DNA of 64,000 nt, from positions 186,001 through 250,000 of the forward strand of contig NOWV01000016.1 of the NCBI GenBank assembly GCA_003344405.1, given 5' to 3'. The translations under genes and the position numbers were made by a program. The stretch's first letter is position 1. Each line of letters opens with the position of its first letter. Source of the stretch: Trichoplax sp. H2 (Eukaryota). Positions 25,491 through 39,600 of the stretch are shown here, one piece after another. The notes under the pieces were generated by a model. It saw only the letters and a list, made by a program, of their open reading frames with translations, was not told where the DNA came from and ran no database searches.

Positions 25491-28009
25491 TTAAGATGAA
25501 CTAGTTGGAGTTGCTTGTACATCGGTAGTTTGGGTTACGTCGATTTCTTCTTCTGGGTCATCATCACTTCTACTATCGGATTGACTACCAAGATAGCTCT
25601 GACTATCGCATTCATTACCAGGATTGTCTATTGTGGTGGTATTCGGTGTTTTGGTTGTATTGCTACTTAGCGACGGGCGATGTCGGGCACTTTTCTGATG
25701 AGCCCTTAATCCAGCTAGTTGTGAATATGCACAGTTGCATACGTTACATTTATAGGGTTTTTCGCCAGTGTGTAGTCTCACGTGGTTGCGAAGTGTTGAT
25801 GATTGAGAAAAGCATTTCCGACAATATTTGCATTGGAATGGTTTTTCAGCTGTATGAATTCTCATATGCGATCTTAAGTTACTACGAGAGTTGAAGCCGC
25901 GAAAACATATTGTACATTTCATACGTCCTATTGGCATTTCCTGGTTATTTTTTTGAACGTTGTGCATGCAATTTCCAAATTGTTGGACGTCTAGATAATA
26001 TACGAAAGAAATCAATATATATATATATATATATATATATGTAAATATATATACATATGCGTGAAGAGTAATTAAAAGTTATTCCTATAGATTTATTGCA
26101 ATCTGTTATTCGTAACAGGAACGATCAGATACTACTGAATAAGCTGCTGTTGTTAGCTTTTAAAAATGACTGCAAATTTGTATGATGAATATCGATGTCG
26201 AAAGCAAAGGTGAAAATAATGCATGAGTGTTTAAAAATACTAGCAATAATATCCAAAACTTTATTGATTTTATTGTAATATCACCTCATATTATAACTTA
26301 TGATAGGGCTGATTCCCTAAACTGAATGGGCTACCAGTACTGTAGCAATCATTAACTAAACTGATTGCTATTATTTTCATGATCAATATTTATGTCATAT
26401 GAAATATGAAGTTGAAACTATACTAGTATTTGAAATACTACTGTGTAACAATAATTGATAACTCGTCTATTGTAACGTATTTTACTGTTTTGCTAATTAC
26501 GTCTTCAATCTCAATTCATTGTTACAAATTGGCTATTAGCAATTCATTACCGGGAATTCCAAGAAATTGAGCGTATTCAGGGCCATACCAAATTAATAAC
26601 TCGTGATCTGGAGGGATATCCTTGATTGCTTTATAGTACAACGTTCCATCACTATGTTGATGGAGGATTAAATTTTGCTCTGATGCATTTCGTGCGCAAT
26701 TGACAAAGCACATCCAATTGGTTGTGTTGCCACCACTGCCATCGATAAAATGACTTAATTCTCCATTTTGGTTGAGTACCTGCCAATATGCATAGAAGAT
26801 GATAATATTAGCATTACGTTCGTTTTCTCCTACTATGTCAGGATAATCGAATCTATGAGAAAAAAATTTACTATGCACATAAATATCATTCATATATCGT
26901 ATCTGCATAATCTTTGCTGATATAAGTGTAGTAACTATTCTAAATGTCATTGATCTTAAAGCTTGACAATTGTTTACATTATAACTCTACCTTGTAAGAC
27001 TAAAGTCACTACACAAGTCTAGTAACGTTAAGAAAATCATAGGATGTTAAATGGCAAGCATAACTAAATCAGCTCTGTATCGAATAGGGTAGATAAATAA
27101 CGAGATATGATTCAGTTTAGACTGAACTTATTTACGTTGTGAGCATAATATATAGGAGAAATTGTATATGATGTCGAACTTGATTGTAAGGTGTATTTTT
27201 ACTAATGTTAATTTTACCCATAATTACCTCCCACATAAATTCATTCCTGGTTGATTCATTAATTTCATTCTTAGACACATAGCGACCAGTAAATGGGCCC
27301 ATCTCTGTTCCTTCGCTTATCCATCGATCATGGCTAAAAACACCCAGTTGGACATGAGGTAGGGATGATTGCTTAATAATGATGCCATCAGGTACATAAA
27401 CTAATCGTTCGCTATCACGACCACCTAGAAATAGTGGATGAGGTTCCAGCACAGCTAATTTTTGTGTTCGTCCACCTTATCGAGTTGATGGATTATGGTG
27501 GTGAATATATTTAGATAGAAATAAGGACTAATTAATAACGGGATATATTTTAGATACGAGCAATGACTAATTAATAACAGTTTACATGATTAAGATGATG
27601 AATATATTTTAGATAGAGGTAATGGCTAATTAATAACGGTTTGCATTATTATCATCATAAATATATTTAGATAGCGATAAGGACTAATTAATAATGGGAT
27701 ACATTTTTACTAGAAATAATATTAACGGGCGCGCATAGAATATCTGTGGAATTAAAAAGTTTGAATGACTTAAAACTTACAATCATCACTTTGAACGATA
27801 AAACGATAGCCTCGACATTGATAGAAATGAGATCCAGGCGTTAATTGTCTCTTTTGATCACCTAAGACGTCGCAAAATTTTCCATACAAGATATTGCGTA
27901 GGTGCTCTTCACGAAATGAGAAAATTTTTCTACTGTTTGTTAGTGGTTCTGATAAAGCATAAGAAGGATGAGAAGGATTAGAAAGGAGCCATGGTAAACT
28001 TGCTGCCAT
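25491..28009 (-). CDS. PRDM12: PR/SET-domain zinc-finger protein PRDM12, 4 exons
   Basis: Exons 28009-27781, 27425-27228, 26779-26551, 25990-25491 are phase-compatible. PR domain motifs: [33 protein letters not shown]. The three C2H2 fingers [60 protein letters not shown] are nearly identical to vertebrate PRDM12 as I recall it. The N-terminal [11 protein letters not shown] also resembles PRDM12. Confidence 0.95.
26016..26056. repeat. (TA)n microsatellite close to the acceptor of PRDM12 exon 4
   Basis: About 12 TA units directly visible, plus an interrupted extension. Confidence 0.9.
27500..27720. repeat. Four copies of an ATATATTT(T)AGATA..CTAATTAATAA unit in PRDM12 intron 1
   Basis: CTAATTAATAA at 27528, 27567, 27626 and 27684, each preceded by ATATATTTAGATA-like sequence. 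Confidence 0.85.
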
Positions 28010-28774
28010 TGCTGAGGTCAGGATGATTTGAAGTTAATTGAGAGAAAGAGTTTCAATTTTTTTTCCGGGATCAACAGGATAACGTATAAGGTATGAAGTA
28101 GACTAAATAATTTCTATGTCATGCAATTATAGAAGTATTATAGACTAAAATTAGCTTGTAAAGGGAAAGTTGTAGTTTTTTTAATATTGGCGAATGAATA
28201 AGCTGATTAATGAGAGGATTATCTTGATCATCTTTTATATATATATATACACTCCTAGCATAGTTATTGTCATAACTTTGTTAATTAATTAAGGAAGTTT
28301 ATGGTGGGATTTTTCCTATTATTGTTGATATTCTTCTGATTATTTCAATTGGCATTATTGTGATAGAGTAAATAGACAACATAGTTATGAAGGTCATGCG
28401 ATGAGTGATAGAAATAGCAAGAAAATTAAAATCGTTTTAAAATAGTTATTTACTATCATTAAGAAAAGTTTAGTGATTGATTAAAATGCATTGATGATAG
28501 ATGTTTTTTGGATAGATCTCTATTTATTTTAGTATTGTTGAAGCATGGAAAAATAACCATAATAATCTATTGTCAATAACATCACCTGTTCTAGTAATAT
28601 CTTTTTAAATAGTAGAATTGGCTTATGTCAATAACGTTAGCAGTTGGAATGAAAACATTCCAATCCTATTCTACAAATGGGAAAATTTGCAGGCACTTGT
28701 TTTGCATCAATACATACAATCACTGTGATAGGACAGTGATGAGAAAGTTGACAAGGAATTGTTTGCAAGATGGA

Positions 28775-29200
28775 CAGGATGTACAAATGATTTACATTGC
28801 AATTTGATGGTCGGTTAATGTTAGATTGAAGACAAATGATTGAAGAGTAAATGGCTTCCTTTGCAATGAAAAATCTGTTAATGATGGATTAAGGACAAAT
28901 GATTGTAAAGCAAATGAGTTGTATTGCTATGATCAATCTGTTATGGATTTTGGACAAGTCATAGAAGGTTTTGGATGAGTCATATTGCCACGGAATGATC
29001 TGTTAATGACAGGATTGGAGATAAATGATAAAAGAGAGTAAATAGATTCTATTTTATTTTAAGGATCCATTACATCAGTAGATTGAAAATAGATGCAAAT
29101 GACTTGGTTTTGTTGCTCTAAATGATCTGTTTATAATCGTGGAAGAGTAAATGAACTGTTAATTTTAGTTTAAGAATTGATTACATGAGATGATTAGAAC
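28775..29200. repeat. Degenerate ~62-bp tandem repeat upstream of PRDM12
   Basis: ACAAATGATT near 28783, 28832 and 28895; ATCTGTT near 28873, 28936, 28998 and 29124. Confidence 0.65.
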
Positions 29201-32200
29201 AAGTTTGATATTAAATTGAGTTTTATAGTGACTGAAAGATTTTTTAATTAAATGGAACAACAAATGAACTTTCTCTATTTCATGTTAAGGATCTTTTGTA
29301 CAAGTAGATTGAGAACAAATGACATAAGATTTCGTTTCGTTATAACTGGACAATCTATTAGTCATGATAGGAAAGTAAACGAGTTCTATTCTGTTTGAAA
29401 ATTGGATAGTCATGGACTGAAGATAACGGAATAAAAATTGGAATACACTGATTAGGAAGAATAAATCTTAACCTGAAGATTTTTATTTCAAGAGATGATT
29501 ACAATGAGTCAATTGAACGATAACTATTAACACTGATAAGTAGCTGGAAAGATGCCTTTGGCTTATTGCATATTAATGGCAATGATCTTATTCAGCCAAA
29601 TAAAATAAATGCTATTAAAGGTGTCTGATTGTATGAATAAGATTAGGATTATTGCATAATCGAAACATAATTAGGCATTAACGAAAACAACAGGCACATT
29701 TTGGGCAGGGAATAATTTCTAAATAGTTTCGATTAATTATCTTCCATTATCATTTATGAGTAACATTAAATCAATCTACTATTTTTTAATTTGCCATCAT
29801 CACATTTAAAGTCAAACGCTGTAATTTTTGAAAGAAATTTAATTTTTGTTCCAGGAAGAGAATAATGAATGAAAATACAGAGTAGACTGATCAAATTTTC
29901 AAATTTAATAACAGCTAGGACACGACGATAAATTAAGAAAAAAGAAACGCTTTAAAGACTAGAAGATAATTTCTAGATTTCATTTCCATGAAGAAAGATA
30001 TTAGATATCAAAGAATTGGCTATTAAATTATCAATTTCTTATTCTTGTAGAATATATTCATTTCGAGATCATGTTAAGTCTTAACATATGTCTTAATATC
30101 GTGAACTTTACATAAGATATTTTTATATTTCATTGATATAATGATGTTCGAGATTGGGTAAATAAAATTCATGAAGATGGGCTTTATTTAATTAATTAAA
30201 GGATAAAATTCCTCAACAAATTGAGAGCAACGTATCACGTTGACTCATAATTTGATATTATTTGATGCCTTCTATCGTCATGGATGATTTATTTGTCTTA
30301 TATTTGATACTGTCTTAAATGGATTATAATTATTAACAACATACTAAACAAAATATGAAAGACTTTACAGATAAATAGGGTAGTCGCCAGTTACTTTCTT
30401 GATGATATTGCCAGCATTTTACGCTATATCGTAAAGTAGTTGATAGAGAACGTATAAATACCGTAACTGGTTTTAAACGTAATCTGTAGTATTTTATTTT
30501 GTATTTATTCGTTTATCGTATTAAACGGATACTCAGTAACGTAGTAAAAATTTAAAACATAACGGCTGTAATGATAAAGAAAACAATCATTAATAGCTTT
30601 TGATAATTTTCAGTAAAATAGCTTACTGGAGGCTCATTAATATTAGCGACTGCTTTAAATGGAATTTTTAATGTCATATTTTACATTATTCATAGATGAT
30701 AGACAACCTAGTAAAATAAGAGCATGAAAATACTTTATAGGTAAACAGAATTGCGATCTTGTTGGTATTACTATCATTTGCAGTAGTATCAGTATATAGA
30801 TAATAGATAACGTACGAACTGTTTTTAATAAATGTAACCCAGTTTAATTAATTTTATATCATCTTAGATGGATAGTGACCAACTTGTAGAGCGACAAAAT
30901 ATCGATTTTAGAGATAGACATGATAACTATTAACAATCAGATTTCCAATCAAGTTGTTGATGGAGAATTTGTAAGCGTTAGAACTGCTTTTTAAATAAAA
31001 TGGTTATTGAATGATACCCTTATTGCAAGGTAAAATTGTAAAAGAGTTTATTCGATAGCAAGATAATCCTTCATTGGATGTGATATTTTTCAGTAATGTG
31101 ACTAGTCGATAAAGGATTAATAGTTAGAACTGCCTTTACGTTTAATCTAGTTTATTAATTTTCGCGTTTTATACCACTTCTAATTTGTAATGAATAGCAT
31201 CATGAAAAATGTTAAAATACAAAGGATTGAATTAATAAATAAGAAAAATATTAATTATTGTATTGATAATATAATTATCTGCCAATGCTACCTATAAAAC
31301 TAGTTGATAGACAAGTCGATAAAACTTATCGAAAATGAATACTTTGATAATTAATCATTGTTTTTAAATTATGTTCAAATTACATAAATATCCCCGACAG
31401 TGGAGGCAACAATAAGGATAAATAGTGTTGAATAAGATTATGATGTAACCTAATCACTAAAATTAGTTGAAAGCTATAAACTTTAATTAGTGCAGTTGGA
31501 ATGACTATCTTTAACTTTAATTTAGTGCTTGTGATTGACTACTATTATATTCTGAATTTTATGATGAGAGAAATGACGGCTGAATATTGCTCACTCTAAT
31601 TAAGACTTGTATTTGTGTCTACTTCTAATATATGATATCAAACTAGTTACTTTGTGGAATAATGATTATATTGAGTAATCTCTTTCTAAATGCGCTACTA
31701 TAAGAAGGATAAAGACATTCTAGATTAATGATTGGATTAAGTATTATTCTATCTTATTAAATGAAAATAGATAGGTAATATTTCTTGCATTCTTGTGGAT
31801 TGATGATTCCTGATAGCTTTTACTACTAGTTAAGTTAGCACCATGACTAAGGTTCACACATTTTGATAGCTTACCAAACCTATTATGCACTTCTAGCTAT
31901 GCAGTGAAACTATTACATAAAGTAATCATATATTACCACCGCTAATTTAATTAAATGACAATTAACTAATAACTTGATCAGTTTGGTATAAGAAACAGAA
32001 TACTACTATACATAGTACTAGTGATTTGCAAACTATCAGGAACATGTAAGATAAGACGGGTTTTAAGTCTTGATTTTCTGTAGAATCTTGTCAGTTTTAA
32101 CTGTTTTTGACGATATTATTATATCCATCCAGACGTGTGTAGTTATTGGATGATCAATCTTTAGTTTTAGTTGACTTTCTGTCTAGTATTAAATACAGCT

Positions 32201-35200
32201 TCAATAAAAACATTATACCATCTGGTTGAAAAGGTCAAGACTTGCATAACAGTCTGCGATACAAGCCAAAAAGATACAAGAAAGTGAATACATATGCAAA
32301 AAGAGTAGCGAATATTAATTAGATTAGATAAGGATTAGAGTCATTAGACTAATAGATAATAATTATAATCTTACATCATTTAATATATTCATCTAGATAA
32401 TCTGTTAGTAACATTATGTCAACAAGGGTAATCTTGATGCATAATGATCCATTATACCGATGTTGTTTTTAGCATAGACAGAATAGCTTAATTATACTGG
32501 ATCAATTTTTAAATAGACATAAATCAAATAAACGGATAGAGTCTGCAACTATTCCCATAGCTCTTATTGTTGGTATGAGTTGGTTTTTATTTTTAGAAAT
32601 AAATGAAAATTGTGTTGTTCACGCAACTGTATTATCAGGGCAAAATATTTATTTCTATTTCTTTATTCTAAATTACATGATAGTTTTTCGTATCCTGACT
32701 GATTTCTATTGTCATCTTACATTCATTAAATATCTGTTAGTTGGTAGGAAACATGACTTACGATAGTTACAGTACAATTTAAATGTAGAATAATGTAAAT
32801 TTAATTGATAATCTTGATCTAAGTAAGGATTACTTTAAAATACCTATTTCTATTTCAACGCTCAATAACGATTAAATTAATAAGTTAAGTATTAGCAATG
32901 AAATTTTAATGATTTAACTAAAAATCTCACAATGGTCCGCATAACTTATTATACATCATAAATTTAAATTTCAGAAGATTACCATATCTGATGCTAACCA
33001 TAGTCGTTTTCAAATTAATTACTATTGCAATTTTCTTCTAAAAAATTTGGTAATAACACTCGATAGAACATGTTTAGAGATTATTAAAAATAATAAATAG
33101 GGCAGATATAGGATGGAAGATAAGTATTTTGTAACGTATTAGGGTAACTATTGCAAATTTGTTAGGCGAAAAGATCTCCAGGAGTATAGAAATGATTGAG
33201 AAGTTTAAAGATGTTAAAGAATTAAATATTATAAAGATATATATTCGCATAGGACAACGTTTCAGAAATGTGAGATATAAAAGCTTCCTATAGTTGGGAA
33301 ACTCTTAAGGTGCCAGGTTCGTAACCTACCAAGAATTAAGTATTTTTATCTCATATTTGCCTGCGGATTACAGTATAAAGTTCATTCTAGAGATATGGTA
33401 TATACAGATCAATTGCGTATTATTTGGAAGCAATAATTAAATTTAAAGTCTATTCAATATTAAATATTACATAACATATTACATAACTGGTAAAATTATT
33501 TTAAAGAATTAAAAAATATTTTAATACGCGTATTATTAAGAAAGAGGGAATTTGGAGTATCTGTATCGATGAAAAGACTTCAAATGAATTCATAACAACA
33601 AAAGTTGTCGGCTGTTATATATTACAAACCTTAGCGTTCCTATTATTCAGGATGAAATAATTTTTAATCATTTGCTAAATAAAATTAGTCAACAGAAAGG
33701 AAGTTTTATAAAATAATTAAATCTTCACTTTAATTACATAAGATGGATTAATTTATAAGCTGGTATGTCAAACATAATATATCCACAGCCTAATTGATAT
33801 TCCTTTATAAACATGCAAATCAGCGGGATAAATAAAAATAATCTAGGATGGACATACTGTACATTATATAGTGTTAAATAGCTAAACTAGATGAATACGT
33901 TCGTCGCCTAGGCATCTATAGTGAGAATTGACCAGTCTGTTGTAGTTTGATATATCATTAATTGGAATTATGCATCTATCGTTTCATATGCATTTGATGA
34001 AATTTAGACTAACTGAAAAATACAATCAAGTAATTATTTGTTGAGTAGCAATGGAATAAACATAATGTGTCTAATTAAGTACGAAATTTCAACTTTAAAA
34101 ATCATGCTATAGAATCAGAAGAACTATTTACTTGTATCAGTTTACGAATACTTTATACTGAAAATGGATGTAATTGAGCCTATTATATATTAATTAAGGC
34201 TTTAATGCCAATTATATCCTAACGTATTAATTAGCTTTGTAAGACTGCAGAAAAAAATAACAAGATTAATATCGAACAAGCTTTGAAGAGCAAATGACTT
34301 TTGATAGGTGAGCTAGTCCAGAGGATTGTCGAGAAAAAATAATGAGGTCAACATGCAATAAGACTGGAATAACAATCGAATCTCAACTAGCTGATTAGTT
34401 ATGAAGAATTAGAGTGAAAGGGTTATAAGATAGCACTCGAATAACTGATAAGAAATTTCAATATTTTGTAATCGACATGCTGCAAGTTGATGTTGGAAGA
34501 TTTGAGGATAGCAGTAAAATTAATGTTCATCCCGACTTAGATAACAAATTCAACTTGTAGGTAAAACTTAGAGCATTACAAATAAAGATAAATAAAAAAT
34601 AAAATTAATAGGAGTGTTCATTAAATTTTTCCAAGGTGGATTACTTCAACTTAATAAACAAGATTTGAAGGTATCGTAATAAATAAAAAGAATTCTGTTT
34701 TGTATTATTATTACTACTAAAATATCTAGATGATTGTGTGAAATACCAAGTGCTGATCAATCATGAACTTTTAAGAGAGATAAAGTTATTTAACCTTGAA
34801 TATTTTCGAGTATCTAGGGACAATATCAAATCATTTCAAATAATTAAAATAGAAATTTTTATTCTATGCTATATTATTTATTTCCTGGAAATTAATAAAA
34901 GCTATGTTGATCAATTTTATTTAGAAGGAAAGGATGCTTATATACTCATTCCTTCAGGTTACTTTTTATCATGTTGACTCAAATCTCAATAAAAAGTTCT
35001 GTTGGCATCTTAAAAGTAAGTTAAATTTTGAAATTACTCTACAATCATTATTGTAACTTACTCTTGATAATCTTATATTCACTTGTTATTGCATAAATTA
35101 TTATCAGTTAATTGGATTCAATTTTCTCTTTACTGTTGTCTTTTATCATTCAACGTAGGAATAACTATCACTTGATTCTCATAAACAAATAAACAACCAT

Positions 35201-36449
35201 CACGAGCAAGCTGTTCTTTATTTTTTAGCTTAGCGTGGATGAATTTAGTGAATAAAAGATGTAGAGGCTGCTTTGTTGCTTATGTTTTTCATTCTCTTTT
35301 TAAAAAAAATAAAATAATAAAGTTGGGAAATAATTAAATAGAAGTAAAATAAATCGTAAGAAACAGTTCTTCTTTATTGATAGCATCAAAATTAGTTTTC
35401 ATGATAAGATCAAAAATAACTGTTGTTTTGATTAGAAATACAGAAAACTGATGGTTTAATATAAGTTGATGCTTTAGCAGTATCACTACTATATAGTATA
35501 TAGATGATGATGAACAAATAGAGTAAATAATAGGAGTATTGCAATTACGATGAGGATAAATAAATGATTTTCTATTAAAATAAACTAAAATTTTTATCTA
35601 AGATCTTCAAATGATATCTTACCATTGTGGCTACTCTACTCTGACAAGCACTTATAGTAAATGAAGTAATACTAAAAACTTTAGAGCAGACAGTTCCGTG
35701 GCCTTATAAACTGATATACTAATCCTAGAGACGGTATCAAGGCAGTATCATTATTTCGCTATGACAGTCCAGTACATTAAGCAATATCAAAAGGATGGAA
35801 AGAAACCTATAACGCTATTTGGAATACTAGATAAATTAATAATTTATTTGCTTCAAATCTAGCGATGATGTCTTTGCTAATATGCTCTCATATTCAATAT
35901 AGAATGCGTAGTATAGTAATATCCTTCTATACAATATATTCGTATGCTATATAAGCCTTGTTATTGCACTACATTCTGTAATATACGTACAGGAAATATA
36001 CGAGTATCCTATTTTATATCCTACTTAGCCTTAGCTGCAGTATCCTCATCGCGTAAGCGCATGTAAACCTCTGCAATCCAACTCTTAGATAAGTCCTTAT
36101 CATCTCATTCTTCTTATTCGTGACATTAGCATCATTTTAGCATACATTGTTATCATCGTCACAAAATCATCAGTTGCATCCTTTTTCACGTTGTTTCTAT
36201 CTCATCCTGAATTAAATCTCTCTACTTTAAACAAGATATTATTGTATTTAATTATTACAATATCCAAACATCCTTTACGATGATTTCGGACCAAAGGTCT
36301 ACAGTATTCTTAGTTTATGTAGAACGATGAATATTCTACTCTCCTGTGACTTATGTCAATTTTAAATAGAGACTAGAGAGGGAAATCAATCCATCCAGAA
36401 TTAATCCAATCTGCCATTCCATCAAGATGATAGATTAGATTGAATTAGA

Positions 36450-36520
36450 ACCGGAAATGATGATCATCATGAATAAGATTGGACTTGCGCATGCGCGATG
36501 CAACTGAGATCGCTTCCGTT
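36450..36520. promoter_or_regulatory. Candidate DOLPP1 proximal promoter: NRF1-type palindrome and ETS-type sites
   Basis: GCGCATGCGC at 36487-36496, ACCGGAAAT at 36450-36458 and CTTCCG at ~36513. All lie 120-190 bp upstream of the ATG in an otherwise AT-rich background. Confidence 0.55.
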
Positions 36521-36635
36521 GGAATGGATCTCCTTTATTACTACGCATGTCTGATCGCTTTCTCGTCTTATTCTAGTCGACCATGTTGGCTGCCTCCAAG
36601 TAGAAAGAGAGATAGAGAGAATCCAAATTAGAGCC

Positions 36636-39600
36636 ATGGCTGCTAGTCCTTGTCATGATCAAGCTGGTCCAATAATGTGGAAAGCTGTTAGTTTAACTTA
36701 TGTAGAATATCCAGCAGGTAAAAATTAAAAGAATGATGATAAAACTCCATAAATTGCTGCAATTCGATGGAAGAAACCAATTATTTCTTGTCCTCCTATC
36801 TTGAATAACACCTACCATCGTAGGCAAATCTTCTTCATTTCTATGCTACCAGTTGGTTGTTTCAATGTATTAATCCTTCATTTAAGTCGTAGATGATATA
36901 AGATGATTGATAGTCGTTTGCAGCAAGTATGATAAGGATGCATATTCTATTATGATCAATAGAAGCAAGTACGTGATAGGATTGGAGTTGAATGTGGGGT
37001 GGAGAAGTTATTTTTTTCGTGTTTGTTGTTGTTTGTTATTATTATTGCCTTGATCGAGTTATGGGGAAGATCTGTCATACATATATTTAACTTTGCTAGC
37101 CGGTATCCATCATCGTAATATGGGTGGGTGAAGGTGAAGTCATTAAATGCCCTTTGATCGTGAGCTGTAGACACAGTTTGATTAGGATGATTCAGAAAAG
37201 TTTTTGATGCCATGATAGCAGTCATCCTGATTTTTTTCCTGAATTAGTTGCATCACAAAGATTATCGTGATCTATTTGGATTAATCAGTACAATTACAAC
37301 TTACTTGTGGCCTATCCGATTACATATATTATCAGACACTTTGCTGCAATTAAAAAGAATGACCATATGCTAATGCATTTATTAGATACATAAGTTATGA
37401 TCATATCCTAGCAGATTAGTGGTCCACTTTGGCTGAAAGATAGCCTGTCAGTGATTATAGTTGGAGGATAACTGGTTCGCTAATGGTAATGTTTGTATTA
37501 CAACAACGCTGTTAGCATGCCGTATCTTCTACTTTATTAAATGGAAGAAAGTTTACATTCTGGACTAAATGTATACTGATCCGCTCGCTACGTCATAACT
37601 CATGATGCATAATCAACTTTATTAATTAATAATAATGCAATCGGAACATTTTCCACTGCAGCTTTGATTAGAACGAAAACAGCTTAAAATAACACCCAAA
37701 AATGGCTGATAAGTAATTCTGTGAAAAGATATTACTACATCACATTACTCATGGGAAGGTACGTTGATCACAGATACATTGCAAAATTACTAAAGTCTAT
37801 TCTTATTGTATCCGTTTTATTGATGACGACGAGGTAGAACGGAATTCCTCAACACAATAAATTTTCAGGAGAGTGCTACTATGATCGGAACTACACATGT
37901 TTACCAACTCTATTAGATGGAACACTAGCACCGAGTATTTTACTGTTATTATGCAAGCAAGTTGGTTTATATGGATAATGAAATAAATCTGTGCTCTTTC
38001 AGCCAGGATAAAGCCATGAATTTGTATATTGAATTCAACTTGTCTACTTTTATGCTCATGCCTGTTTTTAGACATGTTTGACTAGATCACCGGTGTTAGC
38101 CCTTATTATATTATTGATAATTTCTCGCCAATTTATTAGCCGCGATAAATGTTGATTAATGCGATGGAAAATTTAGCAGATTAGCATGGAATCTTGGAAT
38201 ATTGAGTACTATATTCGCTTAGCTAGATACTAACGATGTACAATCGAATGGTTTTAGGTGATTTAATTGGCAAGTTATTAGCCTATTCTAGCTTGATGCC
38301 GGTATTTATTGGAGTGAGTTTCGTCACTTTAATCTTATTCAAGCGCGATTTGCATACGGTAATACTATATAATATACATATCTATTGAGACAGATTAATT
38401 ACTACGGATAATGAATTATCTTCTCAAGCGTAAAATAGTTATACTTTCGATGTACGTAAAAGGAATACTATGTGCATAGTTAGCAATATTTTAAACGTAA
38501 AATCCACTTTATTACCTTTATCTAACTATATATCACCTGCTTTAATGTAATGCTAGATGTCCTTTTTCTTTGGCCTTGTACTCAATGAAATAACTAGTTT
38601 GGCAATAAAGTACTCCGTTCGTCAGCCTCGACCATGCCGAAGTTAGTCAACATCTGAAATTTAAATTTATATATTATAATAATTGACTTACTGTAATTAG
38701 TTTCTGCTGCTTAATGTTATGCAATGTCGTTAGGTTCTGAAGACTTGGCTACTGAATTTGGTATGCCATCTAGTCATGCACAATTTATGGGCTTCTTTGC
38801 AGTTTACTTTATTTTGTTATTAAACGTCAGGTATTATAATAATTATCCAGTACTTCTGTAGCTATCACAATATTCCTACAACATTCCTACGGTGTTTCTT
38901 TGTGATTTCATAGTTTGTATATCTTAAAATATATTTGTAATGCTCTAGGGCTTATGCATTGTCGTCTAGCGATCGGCTATGGAATATTGCAATATCAGCA
39001 GAGGTTGCAGCCATTGCTATTGTCGTGTCTTATAGCAGGTAAAAACTGAATGATGAATAAATTATCTCAATATATTTCTTTGTATAGCGTGCACCGAATA
39101 AGTCATTTTCTCAATTAAACGTAATCTATACCAATAGAATTAGCTGAAATTAAATCATTTCCTTTCATCAATATAAATCATGTCTATATGGAATAGATTA
39201 AATGAATCATTTTCGTTATTAAAATTTTCTTCATGTCTATATTATGAACCTGAGAAATCATTTAATTAGCTTAGCTGTTGCTATAGTCTAGGTCTATACA
39301 ATTAAATCATTATTATTTACAACATGTCGTAAAGCTTTCAAATATGTTCTTATTACCTGACAAATCATTTAATTAGCTTTTGTTATAGCGTAGGTATATA
39401 GAATTAAATCGTTATTATATTGATCACGTCGTAAAATTTTCAAATATGTTCTCCGACTATCATTTAATTAGCTCTTGTTATAGCCTAGGTTTATAGAATT
39501 AAATCTTCACGTTCTTTACAATATGTTGTATAACCCTTCAAAATGTATTCATGTTATCATTAACGTTTAGGATATATCTGATGTATCATACTACAATGCA

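Noticed and set aside
28775-29200. ~63-bp periodicity suggesting a 21-aa repeat protein on the minus strand
   Set aside because: Frameshifts and stops between units; treated as a non-coding degenerate repeat.
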